DNA from: Candidatus Nanoarchaeia archaeon
GTDB lineage: Archaea > Nanobdellota > Nanobdellia > Woesearchaeales > JANQNC01
Length of the DNA: 32,000 bases
Assembly (NCBI GenBank): GCA_028279745.1
Contig: JANQNC010000001.1
Location: 330,001 to 362,000 of the forward strand
Reading direction: 5' to 3'
The notes under the pieces: generated by a model
What the model was told of the DNA's origin: nothing
The model's database searches: none
The model's input: the letters and a program-made list of their open reading frames with translations, nothing else
Shown here: positions 15,918 to 24,110 of the stretch, one piece after another
Layout of the letters: each line of letters starts with the position of its first letter
Numbering within the stretch: the stretch's first letter is position 1
Position numbers and translations under genes: made by a program

Positions 15918-16508
15918 ATGAAAAAAACAATATTAATGGTTTTTGTTCTGTTTGCAGTTGGTATAGCTAGTGCTAATATGCTGCCAGGATGCGATCCAGA
16001 ATCTAACGTTTGCGGCTCTGACTGCACAGGTGTTTTTGAATCTGGAAGTGGGGATGCTCCCTGGAGTTTAACTGCAACCCGATACTGTAGCGATTCTGAC
16101 TCCAGCAGTAAAGAATTCGTGGAATCTGATGCAAGTTGTGATGATCTATCATTAGCGGGAGTGTATGGAGAATGCGCAGGGCTTAATGAATTTTATGATG
16201 TGCCTGAAGAACAGAGGACCTACCGTTGTACTTGGTATTGCCCAAGCTTTGAAAGAAATGGTAATGTCGCAGTAACGGGAGGGGCTGAATGTGTGCTAAT
16301 TGCAGGAGATGCTGACTGTGCACCAAATAAAGCAACATCAATGGCGCAATTTAACTTCAGCAACAGATTCTTTTCAGGAGTTGAAGATGAGGGTGGCAAC
16401 GGTGGAGCTTACGGCGGAATTCCTGAAATCGGCAACAATATCTTATCCATCATAGGTTTAATTGTAGTTATCGCAGTAGCAGGATTTTTCATTATGAAAA
16501 AGAAATAA
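15918..16508 (+). CDS. Secreted Cys-rich protein with PEF-CTERM-like C-terminal sorting signal (second member)
   Basis: 196 aa. SD GAGGTGA at 15905-15911. Signal peptide MKKTILMVFVLFAVGIASA. Ten Cys. C-terminus is IPEIG + hydrophobic helix + KKK. Confidence 0.7.
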   Translation: MKKTILMVFVLFAVGIASANMLPGCDPESNVCGSDCTGVFESGSGDAPWSLTATRYCSDSDSSSKEFVESDASCDDLSLAGVYGECAGLNEFYDVPEEQRTYRCTWYCPSFERNGNVAVTGGAECVLIAGDADCAPNKATSMAQFNFSNRFFSGVEDEGGNGGAYGGIPEIGNNILSIIGLIVVIAVAGFFIMKKK

Positions 16509-16516
16509 CTATTTTC

Positions 16517-16681
16517 TTAATCTTTTTTTTCTTCTTTCTTACCCATCCTTCTATACTTGCCCATCCTATCATCAGGAGAATACTTAGCAGGGATTATTGC
16601 AAGAGTTTTAACCTTACATTCAGAACATTCTTCTTCCATAGTATAAGAATCGCACTTAGGGCACTTTAGAATACGTTTCAT
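16517..16681 (-). CDS. nop10: H/ACA RNP component Nop10
   Basis: Not in ORF track (54 aa). Hand translation: MKRILKCPKCDSYTMEEECSECKVKTLAIIPAKYSPDDRMGKYRRMGKKEEKKD. Zn-ribbon plus the PxKYSPDD motif. ATGA overlap with the aIF2-alpha stop. The aIF2alpha-nop10 order is conserved. Confidence 0.9.
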   Translation of the reverse strand: MKRILKCPKCDSYTMEEECSECKVKTLAIIPAKYSPDDRMGKYRRMGKKEEKKD

Positions 16682-17457
16682 TTTTCTCTAACGAAAGAAG
16701 CTTCAGCACCTTTTGACTCAGCATAATCAATAACTGCTTTACTGCACTTATCAACCAACTCATCCATCTTCTTAAGATCTATACCTTTTATGCTGAACTT
16801 ATACTTCCCACTTCCCAAATAGAAAACATTCGCGTCTTTTGCAACCTTCAAAGCCTCATTCAATGACTCTTTGACAACTTCAACACCTTCGCCATCGTAA
16901 CACTCGATAGTAAATGTGCCTGAGAATTCAACTTCGGGCGGTTTGATCTTGTCTTTAACCATGTCAGTTAAAGCTTTAATAGTTTTAGGATCAAATTTGT
17001 ATTTTTTCAGGTCGACTTTGTCCTGAACGATATCATTAAAGCATTCATGCAAGTATTGATAATCATTGAATATTTTTTCTGTCAGAGTATTGTAAAGTTT
17101 TTTAGCATCAGTCTTCAAGGATTTAGCAACCATCTCTGCAATCTTCTCAGCTTTCTGCTCTTGTTTAATAGAATCTAATTTCTCTCTTCTGATACCTTCA
17201 TTAACTCTTCTTAGTGAAAGGTCTATCTGGTTTCTTTCTCTGTTAACTCTAAGAACTTTACAAATAATCTTTTTACCCTCTTTAACATAATCATTAAGAT
17301 TTCTGATCCTTCCTGGACTAACTTCAGAAATATGGATCATACCGCTTAGGTTATCATATTCATCTAACCTTACGAAAACAGAATGAAAATGGATCTTGGT
17401 AACAGTACATAAAACTATGTCGTGCTCCTCAGGTAATCCATCTTTACGATATAACAT
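16678..17457 (-). CDS. eif2a: Translation initiation factor aIF2 alpha subunit
   Basis: 259 aa. N-terminal S1 domain (GLPEEHDIVLCTVTKI...GMIHISEVSPGRIRNLNDYVKEGKKIICKVLRV). Confidence 0.9.
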   Translation of the reverse strand: MLYRKDGLPEEHDIVLCTVTKIHFHSVFVRLDEYDNLSGMIHISEVSPGRIRNLNDYVKEGKKIICKVLRVNRERNQIDLSLRRVNEGIRREKLDSIKQEQKAEKIAEMVAKSLKTDAKKLYNTLTEKIFNDYQYLHECFNDIVQDKVDLKKYKFDPKTIKALTDMVKDKIKPPEVEFSGTFTIECYDGEGVEVVKESLNEALKVAKDANVFYLGSGKYKFSIKGIDLKKMDELVDKCSKAVIDYAESKGAEASFVREK

Positions 17458-17634
17458 TTAGTTTAATACCTCTAAAACTCTGGATTTAACATTAGATTTG
17501 CCACCAGTAGGCTTAGCAAGCTCTGTACCACATACAACACACTTAACCTGTGTTGACACTTTTCCAAATATAACCTGCTCGTTTTTACACTTAGGGCATC
17601 TTACCTTAACAAATTTTGAGTTTGATTCTTCCAT
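17458..17634 (-). CDS. rps27e: Ribosomal protein eS27 (S27e)
   Basis: Not in ORF track (58 aa). Hand translation: MEESNSKFVKVRCPKCKNEQVIFGKVSTQVKCVVCGTELAKPTGGKSNVKSRVLEVLN. C4 zinc ribbon. SD GGAGGT and a TATA-like element upstream. The stop abuts the aIF2-alpha ATG. Confidence 0.9.
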   Translation of the reverse strand: MEESNSKFVKVRCPKCKNEQVIFGKVSTQVKCVVCGTELAKPTGGKSNVKSRVLEVLN

Positions 17635-17703
17635 GTTATATACCTCCTATATTGCAGAAATAAGGGTTTGTTTATAAAGCTTATGGGCTATTTAAGAAGT
17701 ATT

Positions 17704-17892
17704 TTAAGACCTGTCTTCAACTAATTTCTCAAAACTTCTGTCATAAGTTGATTCTGCCTCTTTGCTGAAAAAACAAGCAGGGAACTCTCCTCTGTCTCTA
17801 TGAGATCTGACACAGTCACAACATTTGCCTGATTTACTGCAACCATAAGTGCATTTGCAATCTTTCTTGTTTTCTTCTTGTTTGCATTCCAT
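17704..17892 (-). CDS. Small Cys-rich cytoplasmic protein (9 Cys in 62 aa; resembles DUF6485-type proteins)
   Basis: MECKQEENKKDCKCTYGCSKSGKCCDCVRSHRDRGEFPACFF. The family name is from memory only. Confidence 0.45.
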   Translation of the reverse strand: MECKQEENKKDCKCTYGCSKSGKCCDCVRSHRDRGEFPACFFSKEAESTYDRSFEKLVEDRS

Positions 17893-17893
17893 C

Positions 17894-18202
17894 TTATTTC
17901 TTATCTTTAGATTCTTTCTTCTTAGCTTCCTTCATCTTTTCAACAGTCTCTTTGAAAGCCTCGATTTGACGCTCAGAAAGATTTTCATATCTTAGATAGT
18001 TCGCTTTAATATCTCTTAAGAATGAATTTTTCTCATAGAATTCTTCAGGAATGTCAAAGAATTTTTTCATTTCAGGATCCTTTATTTCACCTTGAAGCTC
18101 TCCTTTCTGGCATTCATGACACATGACATACTTGTTTCTGTAAGAAGCAGTAACATAATTCTTTTTACATCTGAAGCATTTTTGTTTGTATTGAACTGGC
18201 AT
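17894..18202 (-). CDS. Hypothetical zinc-ribbon protein with K/E-rich tail
   Basis: 102 aa. CFRC...CHEC pair near the N-terminus. Starts 1 nt upstream of the downstream Cys-rich ORF. Confidence 0.45.
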   Translation of the reverse strand: MPVQYKQKCFRCKKNYVTASYRNKYVMCHECQKGELQGEIKDPEMKKFFDIPEEFYEKNSFLRDIKANYLRYENLSERQIEAFKETVEKMKEAKKKESKDKK

Positions 18203-18234
18203 GATAAGTGAGAATGAGTGATTATTTAAAAATC

Positions 18235-18243
18235 TTTATAAAA
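18235..18243. promoter_or_regulatory. Palindromic TATA box shared by divergent genes
   Basis: TTTATAAAA lies 30 nt upstream of the aldo/keto reductase ATG (18265). It is also about 33-40 nt from the divergent ATG at 18202. No SD before either start, so leaderless transcripts are likely. Confidence 0.45.
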
Positions 18244-18264
18244 TCATTCAGATACATCAGCAGA

Positions 18265-19116
18265 ATGGAGTACAAAACAATAGCTGGCATCAAAGTGCCA
18301 GCAATAGGATATGGAACCTGGACAGTTGGCGGCAAATGGGAAGCTGACACTTCTGATGATGCTAATGAAATTAACGCAATAAAAGAAGCGATCAAAAATG
18401 GGGTTACACACATTGATACCGCTGAAATCTATTCAGGAGGTCATGCTGAAGAGATAGTTGGAGAAGCGATAAAAGAGTTTGATAGAGAAAAATTGTTTAT
18501 CACAAGCAAAGTTTATCCTGACAACCTGGGATATGAAGATGTTTTGAAAGCAGCTGAAGGAAGCCTGAAAAGAATAGGTATTGAGTATCTTGACCTTTAC
18601 TTGATCCATGCTTACAACGAAAAAATACCTTTAGCTGAAACGATGAAAGCGATGGATGAATTAGTCTCAAAAGGGTCAGTGAAGAATATTGGAGTGAGTA
18701 ATTTTTCTGTAACGCAGATGAAAGAAGCGCAAGCTCTTACTAAAAACAAGATTGTTGCAAACCAGATACAGTATAACTTGATCATAAGAGACAAAGGACT
18801 ATGGTCTGAAAACATGGAATCAGAAATAATTCCATATTGTCAAGAGAATGACATAATAGTCATTGCGTGGGCACCATTACAGAAAGGAAGATTGGCAGCT
18901 TCTGGATTCGAGGTATTGGATTCAGTATGTGACAAATATAACAAAACACCATCACAAGTTGCTTTGAACTGGTTAATCTCGAAGAAAAACATTGTTGTAA
19001 TATCAAAAGCAAACAAAAAAGAACATCTGATGGACAATCTAGGCGCAATAGGATGGAAGCTAGAACAGGAAGATATAAAAAGATTAGATGAGACTGAATT
19101 TAAAGATACAAAATGA
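18265..19116 (+). CDS. Aldo/keto reductase
   Basis: Start trimmed to MEYKTIAGIKVPAIGYGTW; the track start at 18208 runs through the TATA box. AKR motifs GVTHIDTAEIYSGG and LDLYLIH. Confidence 0.85.
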   Translation: MEYKTIAGIKVPAIGYGTWTVGGKWEADTSDDANEINAIKEAIKNGVTHIDTAEIYSGGHAEEIVGEAIKEFDREKLFITSKVYPDNLGYEDVLKAAEGSLKRIGIEYLDLYLIHAYNEKIPLAETMKAMDELVSKGSVKNIGVSNFSVTQMKEAQALTKNKIVANQIQYNLIIRDKGLWSENMESEIIPYCQENDIIVIAWAPLQKGRLAASGFEVLDSVCDKYNKTPSQVALNWLISKKNIVVISKANKKEHLMDNLGAIGWKLEQEDIKRLDETEFKDTK

Positions 19117-19319
19117 AAGAGAAACTAGTTGAAGAATTAAAATTTTGTATAGACCTGTGGGAAAAGCAAGGATATTGTGAGTTTGGAGGAAAAACAAACT
19201 GCAAAGAATGTGCAACACCCTACCTTTTACTAAAATTAATAAATGGTGAAGTATTACATGGAGATATTGAAAGATTAACGCTAGAAGATTGGAAAGAAAA
19301 AGTTAACAAACTAAAATGA
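19113..19319 (+). CDS. Hypothetical small 4-Cys protein
   Basis: 68 aa. ATGA overlaps on both sides indicate translational coupling to the AKR and DUF357 genes. Confidence 0.45.
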   Translation: MKEKLVEELKFCIDLWEKQGYCEFGGKTNCKECATPYLLLKLINGEVLHGDIERLTLEDWKEKVNKLK

Positions 19320-19603
19320 AAGAGATAACTGATGCCAAACTAAAGAAATACTTTGATGTTACAGGTAAGGCTTTAAAGAAAGCGAAGATCGCAGCGCCAA
19401 AAAGAACACACTTACATAAGATGGCAGAAGACTTTCTTTCAATGGCAAAAAATTATTATTCAGATGCACAACACTTCAAGAAAAAAGATGACTATGTAAA
19501 TGCGTTTGCAGCATTAAACTATGCGCACGGATGGCTAGATGCAGGTGCAAGAGTTGGATTGTTTGATGTGAAACACGACAGCAAATTATTTACGGTAGAT
19601 TGA
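19316..19603 (+). CDS. DUF357-like archaeal protein
   Basis: 95 aa. ...YYSDAQHFKKKDDYVNAFAALNYAHGWLDAGARVGL... matches my recollection of the DUF357 signature. Confidence 0.55.
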   Translation: MKEITDAKLKKYFDVTGKALKKAKIAAPKRTHLHKMAEDFLSMAKNYYSDAQHFKKKDDYVNAFAALNYAHGWLDAGARVGLFDVKHDSKLFTVD

Positions 19604-19604
19604 C

Positions 19605-19991
19605 ATGGGAAAAGCAATGAAAAATCCAATCATACTGACTTTGATCCTGATAGGTTTTACAGTAGTATTCTCATTCATAATTGCACTGATAGGTGTTTTA
19701 GTTGGTGCAGAACTTTATGTGCCTGGGCTGGCAGGAGTATTGGGGGCATTAACCTTGAGAGCAATATACCTCAGAGCAAATAAAGAGATAGTTCCAGTAA
19801 AAACAAAATTAACAATAGTAATAATCTACTTTGCACTGCAACAAGTGATGGGCATCATAATAACCCTGATCAGAGGAGTTGATATCTTAGTAACATTAGG
19901 ATTCCAGCTACTTATACAACTGATATATGCAGGAGTGATCTACCTCTGCTTAAGCGGTGGGAAAAAACTAGTCAAAAGACTAAAAAAGTAG
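19605..19991 (+). CDS. Hypothetical integral membrane protein
   Basis: 128 aa with about 4 hydrophobic helices and a basic C-terminus. Confidence 0.5.
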   Translation: MGKAMKNPIILTLILIGFTVVFSFIIALIGVLVGAELYVPGLAGVLGALTLRAIYLRANKEIVPVKTKLTIVIIYFALQQVMGIIITLIRGVDILVTLGFQLLIQLIYAGVIYLCLSGGKKLVKRLKK

Positions 19992-20035
19992 TTCTACAAG
20001 AAAGATTTAAAAAAGGGAAAATGAGGGATTAGGGT

Positions 20036-20992
20036 ATGGCAGACTTAGTAAGCATATTACTGTTTGTAACTTCACTAGCTCTGCTATTCTTAAGCGCTTA
20101 TGGATTACTAAAAAGTCTAACAATAATCTCAAGATTCCTGAAACTGTCACAGTTCATAACCGGATTCTTAATCTTAGGGATCGGAACGTCAGTGCCAGAA
20201 TTATTTGTGGGTGTGACCGCAGCACTAAAAGGAAGTTCTGCACTATCACTAGGAAACGTAATCGGCGCAAACATAATAGATTTGACTTTAGTGATAGGAA
20301 TCCCTATCCTGTTAGCAAGAGGTGTTAAAAGTTCATCACCAACAATCAAAAGAGACTCATTATACATGCTTGTACTTGCAGCACTGCCAATAGCACTTAT
20401 GCTTTTGGGAAACCAGCTATCAAGAGCAGATGGCGTAATATTATTAGTAGGATTCGCATTCTACCTGTGGAGAGTAATAAAACAACAATCAGCGTTCACA
20501 AAAAAGATAGACAACAAAGTATCAAGAGGACGAGTTGCAGTTAACTTCATAGTGTTTTTTGCAAGCCTGTTCTTGTTGTTTAAAAGTTCAGACTTTACAA
20601 TAAAATACGCAGTACAGATTGCAGAAGTGTTTTCTTTACCTCAACTGTTTATTGGAGTTTTCATATTATCAGTTGGGACAACAATGCCTGAGTTAATTAC
20701 AGGAGCGTCAGCAGCAATAAAAGGATACAAAGATCTGGCGATAGGGAATATAGTCGGGACAGTTATTGCAAATTCAACATTGATTTTGGGTATTGTTGCA
20801 ATGATCAACCCAATACAAGCAGAGATGTTCTTGTTTAGCACATCAGCAGCGTTCATGATACTGGTGGCTTTCTTATTTTTGGTATTTGTCAGCTCAGGAG
20901 ACGAGTTTGACTGGAAAGAAGGACTGGCAATGGTGTTATTGTATGTGTTCTTCTTAATAGTAGAACTAAACCTAAGAGGATTTTTCCTTTAG
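20036..20992 (+). CDS. Sodium/calcium exchanger family (CaCA, YrbG/NCX_Mj-like) antiporter
   Basis: 318 aa. Two alpha-repeat signatures, GTSVPELFVG and GTTMPELITG, one in each half. Confidence 0.85.
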   Translation: MADLVSILLFVTSLALLFLSAYGLLKSLTIISRFLKLSQFITGFLILGIGTSVPELFVGVTAALKGSSALSLGNVIGANIIDLTLVIGIPILLARGVKSSSPTIKRDSLYMLVLAALPIALMLLGNQLSRADGVILLVGFAFYLWRVIKQQSAFTKKIDNKVSRGRVAVNFIVFFASLFLLFKSSDFTIKYAVQIAEVFSLPQLFIGVFILSVGTTMPELITGASAAIKGYKDLAIGNIVGTVIANSTLILGIVAMINPIQAEMFLFSTSAAFMILVAFLFLVFVSSGDEFDWKEGLAMVLLYVFFLIVELNLRGFFL

Positions 20993-21660
20993 TTCTTCCT
21001 AGCAACTGTGAAATGGAATTGAGAGTTCCACTTTTCTAAATTAAGACTTGTTTCTTCAGGTTTGTAGTCTAAAACACGATAGAAAAATCTTGACGCCAAA
21101 CTGATGTAAGCGCCTTCAGGGTTTAATACACGTTCAATTTCAGACTCTATTTGAGGCACTCTTTCACTATTTGGTTCTATACTAGCATCAATCCCGCAAG
21201 CACTAACACTTACAGAATCATTTGGAAGCTTTCTTAGGAAAGAAAGTATGTCATCATTAGCATAACTTGCAGGAACCTTTCTTGGATGAGAAAGTTTGGG
21301 TTCGATCGTATGATCTAGCCTGATTACATTTCGATCGTATTTTTTCCAAGCCCTTTCTGAGTTTAAGTTTTTAACTAACTTAGCTGATTTTTTATCTACA
21401 CCAACATAAGCTCTTGATTCAGAAATACAACAGACTCTATACATACTAATGTCTGTGCCGCAACCAAGATCTACAACAATTTGATCTTTAAAATATCTTT
21501 TAGCTTCTGCCAGATAATCATCATCCGCTAAAATACCCCATGCAAACCTAAATCCAGGAACCCACCATCTCCTTCTTGGTCTTGTTGTAGTTGGTGTTTG
21601 ATCCTTTAATTTGACTAATTCCTTTAACTCTACTGTTTCTATCATTATCTCACTCCTCAA
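20989..21660 (-). CDS. Class I SAM-dependent methyltransferase-like protein
   Basis: 223 aa. Motif I VVDLGCGTD and a later LNPEGAY motif. Substrate unknown. Confidence 0.5.
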   Translation of the reverse strand: MRSEIMIETVELKELVKLKDQTPTTTRPRRRWWVPGFRFAWGILADDDYLAEAKRYFKDQIVVDLGCGTDISMYRVCCISESRAYVGVDKKSAKLVKNLNSERAWKKYDRNVIRLDHTIEPKLSHPRKVPASYANDDILSFLRKLPNDSVSVSACGIDASIEPNSERVPQIESEIERVLNPEGAYISLASRFFYRVLDYKPEETSLNLEKWNSQFHFTVARKN

Positions 21661-21718
21661 ACCACCTACAGAACCTCTTTTATGGTAGAAATGAGGTTTT
21701 TATATATAAATATTTACC

Positions 21719-22285
21719 CTAGAACTCTTCTTTTTCCTTTAAATACTTAATCAGTTTAGGAGAAATTACTGGTTTACCATCTTTTAGGACATATCTAAAA
21801 GGAAAGCTTAATGATTCGTTATTACCCATCTCGATGTCTATCCCATCCTGAAATGGGATGTCTTCGAACTTTTCACCATTTAGGATTTTATGTGTGACTA
21901 ACACAGCAGTGTCTGTTGACATCTGTTCACTTCCTAAATTTCTTTTGTTGTTTGTTAACTCTGAAAGTTTTTTTGTTCTGTGTTTTCTTGGGAAATCTCC
22001 CAGAATACCCCCAAATAACATGAATTCAAACTCTTTATCATCTTCAGTTGTTAATGTTTTATCTGTGTTAGGATCTAACAAACACATCTTGTCTCCAGGA
22101 AACTTATCAGTTAATTCAAATATAGTCTCTTCATATATCTCACCAAAGCCTTCAATCTTCTCTTTGCCTTCCTTAACATTTGTGAAAATTAAATTATCTT
22201 TTCCAACTATTTCAGAAATATGTTCATACTCAATAACACACCAGTCATACATTTCGGGTTCCATGTGTTCGATTATGTATCTCAT
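21719..22285 (-). CDS. SPOUT-fold methyltransferase of the DUF431/Sfm1 family
   Basis: 188 aa. MRYIIEHMEPEMYDWCVIEYEHI, FGGILGDFPRKHRTKKL and EQMSTDTAV are closely collinear with yeast Sfm1 (MKYIIEHMEE..., FGGILGDHPPRDRTKEL, DKQMTTDTAI). Confidence 0.7.
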   Translation of the reverse strand: MRYIIEHMEPEMYDWCVIEYEHISEIVGKDNLIFTNVKEGKEKIEGFGEIYEETIFELTDKFPGDKMCLLDPNTDKTLTTEDDKEFEFMLFGGILGDFPRKHRTKKLSELTNNKRNLGSEQMSTDTAVLVTHKILNGEKFEDIPFQDGIDIEMGNNESLSFPFRYVLKDGKPVISPKLIKYLKEKEEF

Positions 22286-22297
22286 TTTTTCAGTTGT

Positions 22298-23284
22298 TCA
22301 CTTTAATCTAGGATAAACCGTATCTTCCAAAAATACCTTGTCAGTCTTAATAGCAATGCCCCTCTTTGAGTTAACCATCTCTTTGGAAGTCATCTTAGCT
22401 AAACCAACACCAACTAATTCATTCTTTAATGTAAACATTGCAACAAACTCATCAACTTGAATTTCAGATTCAACCTTACTTATACCAGGCACTTTAAGAT
22501 TAGTTCCATGACATAAAGCATTAACTGTTGAGTCTAGAACCCAAACTCTAGCTAAATGATTAACTGCATTTTCTACGGGTTGAATCATCTTTCTAAGTTC
22601 CTTTTCATCATCATCATTTTTCCAGTAATGATAAGCGTCAGTCAGATCATGCAAAGTAACTGCTGTGGATTCTTCAAAAGGACCTGCTTTTGTTCTTACT
22701 AGTTGAGCCATATGTCCTCCGCAACCTAAAACTTCACCAATATCATGACAAAGCTTTCTGATGTAAGTTCCGGCTTGACAACCCACTCTAAACAAAACAT
22801 CTTGACCTTTAACTTCAATAATATCTATGTAGTATATTTTTCTATATCTTGACTGTCTTTTAATTGCTGACTTAACTGGAGGGAGTTGTTTTATCTTACC
22901 CACAAATTTGCCAATTGCTTTTCTAACTTTGGCTTCGTTCAACTCCTGATGCAGATGTAATATGCAAACATACTCCTTACCTGCAGGCAAAAGAAATTGA
23001 ACAACTCTTGTTGCTCTTGCAAACGCAACAGGCAACACACCAGTAACTTTAGGATCTAACGTTCCTGAATGCCCTGATTTATTCATATTAACAATTTCTC
23101 TAACATAAGCACTGACTTGATGGCTGGTAGGACCTTTAGGTTTATTGATATTCACAACACCTTTCTCAAGAAGTTCTTCCATAGTTCTTTCATCGGGAGA
23201 TTTACCGTACTTCTTGTCAGTACTGGATTCTTTTCTAACAAGAACTTCACGTTTAATCTTTTCAAAAGGCAATAGTGTTTCCAT
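22298..23284 (-). CDS. cbf5: H/ACA RNP pseudouridine synthase Cbf5 (TruB family with PUA domain)
   Basis: 328 aa. Catalytic GTLDPKVTGVLPV motif and a C-terminal PUA-like region. Confidence 0.9.
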   Translation of the reverse strand: METLLPFEKIKREVLVRKESSTDKKYGKSPDERTMEELLEKGVVNINKPKGPTSHQVSAYVREIVNMNKSGHSGTLDPKVTGVLPVAFARATRVVQFLLPAGKEYVCILHLHQELNEAKVRKAIGKFVGKIKQLPPVKSAIKRQSRYRKIYYIDIIEVKGQDVLFRVGCQAGTYIRKLCHDIGEVLGCGGHMAQLVRTKAGPFEESTAVTLHDLTDAYHYWKNDDDEKELRKMIQPVENAVNHLARVWVLDSTVNALCHGTNLKVPGISKVESEIQVDEFVAMFTLKNELVGVGLAKMTSKEMVNSKRGIAIKTDKVFLEDTVYPRLK

Positions 23285-23328
23285 AAGGTTGAGAATATTT
23301 AGTTATTTAAAAAGGTTAACTGTCAGAA

Positions 23329-23934
23329 TTACTGGTTTTCCTTATGCTTAGTCATATCTTGGTCTTTATGAGGTGCTTTAGGACTGTGTTTTTCTTCGTC
23401 TTTCTTAGCTTCAGCAACTTTTTCTTCTTTAGCAGGCTCTTTCTTTATCTCTTTCAGCTCTTCCTTCTCAACTTTCTTAACTTCTTCAGAAGGTTTTTCT
23501 TTTTCTTTAGCTTCTTCGGCCTTAGATTCTACTTTCTTCTCTTCCGGAGCTTTTGCATCTTTGCTTTTAGGAGCTTTCATACCTAACTTTTCAGCAGCCT
23601 GTTCAAGTTTTGATTTTTCTTGAGCTTCTGTCTTTTTCTTAACCACATACTCAACACCAACAACCTCAACTAAAACAACATTTTCTTCAGTCTTAATTGC
23701 TTTAACTTTAACATGGTGTGGCGGGTATTTGATGCCTCGTTTCCAGATTGCCTTGTTAATTTCAGGGCCAACCTTAATAGTATCACATTTCATGTGTTTT
23801 GATAAGAATTGTTTTAGAGCAGTAACCGCTTTTTTAGCTCTTTTGTATTTAGGAACTTTAAGAAACTCCTTTCTAAGAGGAACATTGTATTCTCGTTCAA
23901 GTTTTTCAACCTTTTCTTTAGTTTCTTTAGCCAT
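23329..23934 (-). CDS. rpl31e: Ribosomal protein eL31 (L31e) with about 100-aa Lys/Glu/Ala-rich C-terminal extension
   Basis: Start trimmed to the ATG at 23934 (MAKETKEKVEKLEREYNVPLRK...); the track start at 23964 is a TTG inside rpl39e. The core, ...KRAKKAVTALKQFLSKHMK...INKAIWKRGIKYPPHHVKV, is typical of L31e. Confidence 0.85.
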   Translation of the reverse strand: MAKETKEKVEKLEREYNVPLRKEFLKVPKYKRAKKAVTALKQFLSKHMKCDTIKVGPEINKAIWKRGIKYPPHHVKVKAIKTEENVVLVEVVGVEYVVKKKTEAQEKSKLEQAAEKLGMKAPKSKDAKAPEEKKVESKAEEAKEKEKPSEEVKKVEKEELKEIKKEPAKEEKVAEAKKDEEKHSPKAPHKDQDMTKHKENQ

Positions 23935-23936
23935 TT

Positions 23937-24110
23937 TTATGCGTGAGTGCTCTGTCTTCTCCAAGATCTTTTGATAGCAGTGTGTCTACCTGGATGAACT
24001 CTTCTGTTGCTCCCGTATATTTTAGGAACTGTCCAAAAAGGAGCCCACTTGGTTTGTCTACCTTTCTTTGCAAGTCTTTGTTTCTTGCTTGGGTGTTTGT
24101 ATCTTGCCAT
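23937..24110 (-). CDS. rpl39e: Ribosomal protein eL39 (L39e)
   Basis: Start trimmed to the ATG at 24110 (the track start is TTG). MARYKHPSKKQRLAKKGRQTKWAPFWTV...RSWRR. GAGGT SD upstream. Confidence 0.85.
   Translation of the reverse strand: MARYKHPSKKQRLAKKGRQTKWAPFWTVPKIYGSNRRVHPGRHTAIKRSWRRQSTHA

Noticed and set aside
21858-22316. 152-aa plus-strand ORF antisense to the Sfm1-like gene
   Set aside because: The minus-strand translation aligns residue-by-residue with Sfm1. The plus ORF is a Ser/Asn/Phe-rich shadow.
23344-23586. 80-aa plus-strand ORF rich in Phe/Leu/Ser (MLSHILVFMRCF...FFFFFSFFG...)
   Set aside because: It is the antisense shadow of the K/E-rich (AAG/GAA) tail of rpl31e. It has no SD and a nonsensical composition.
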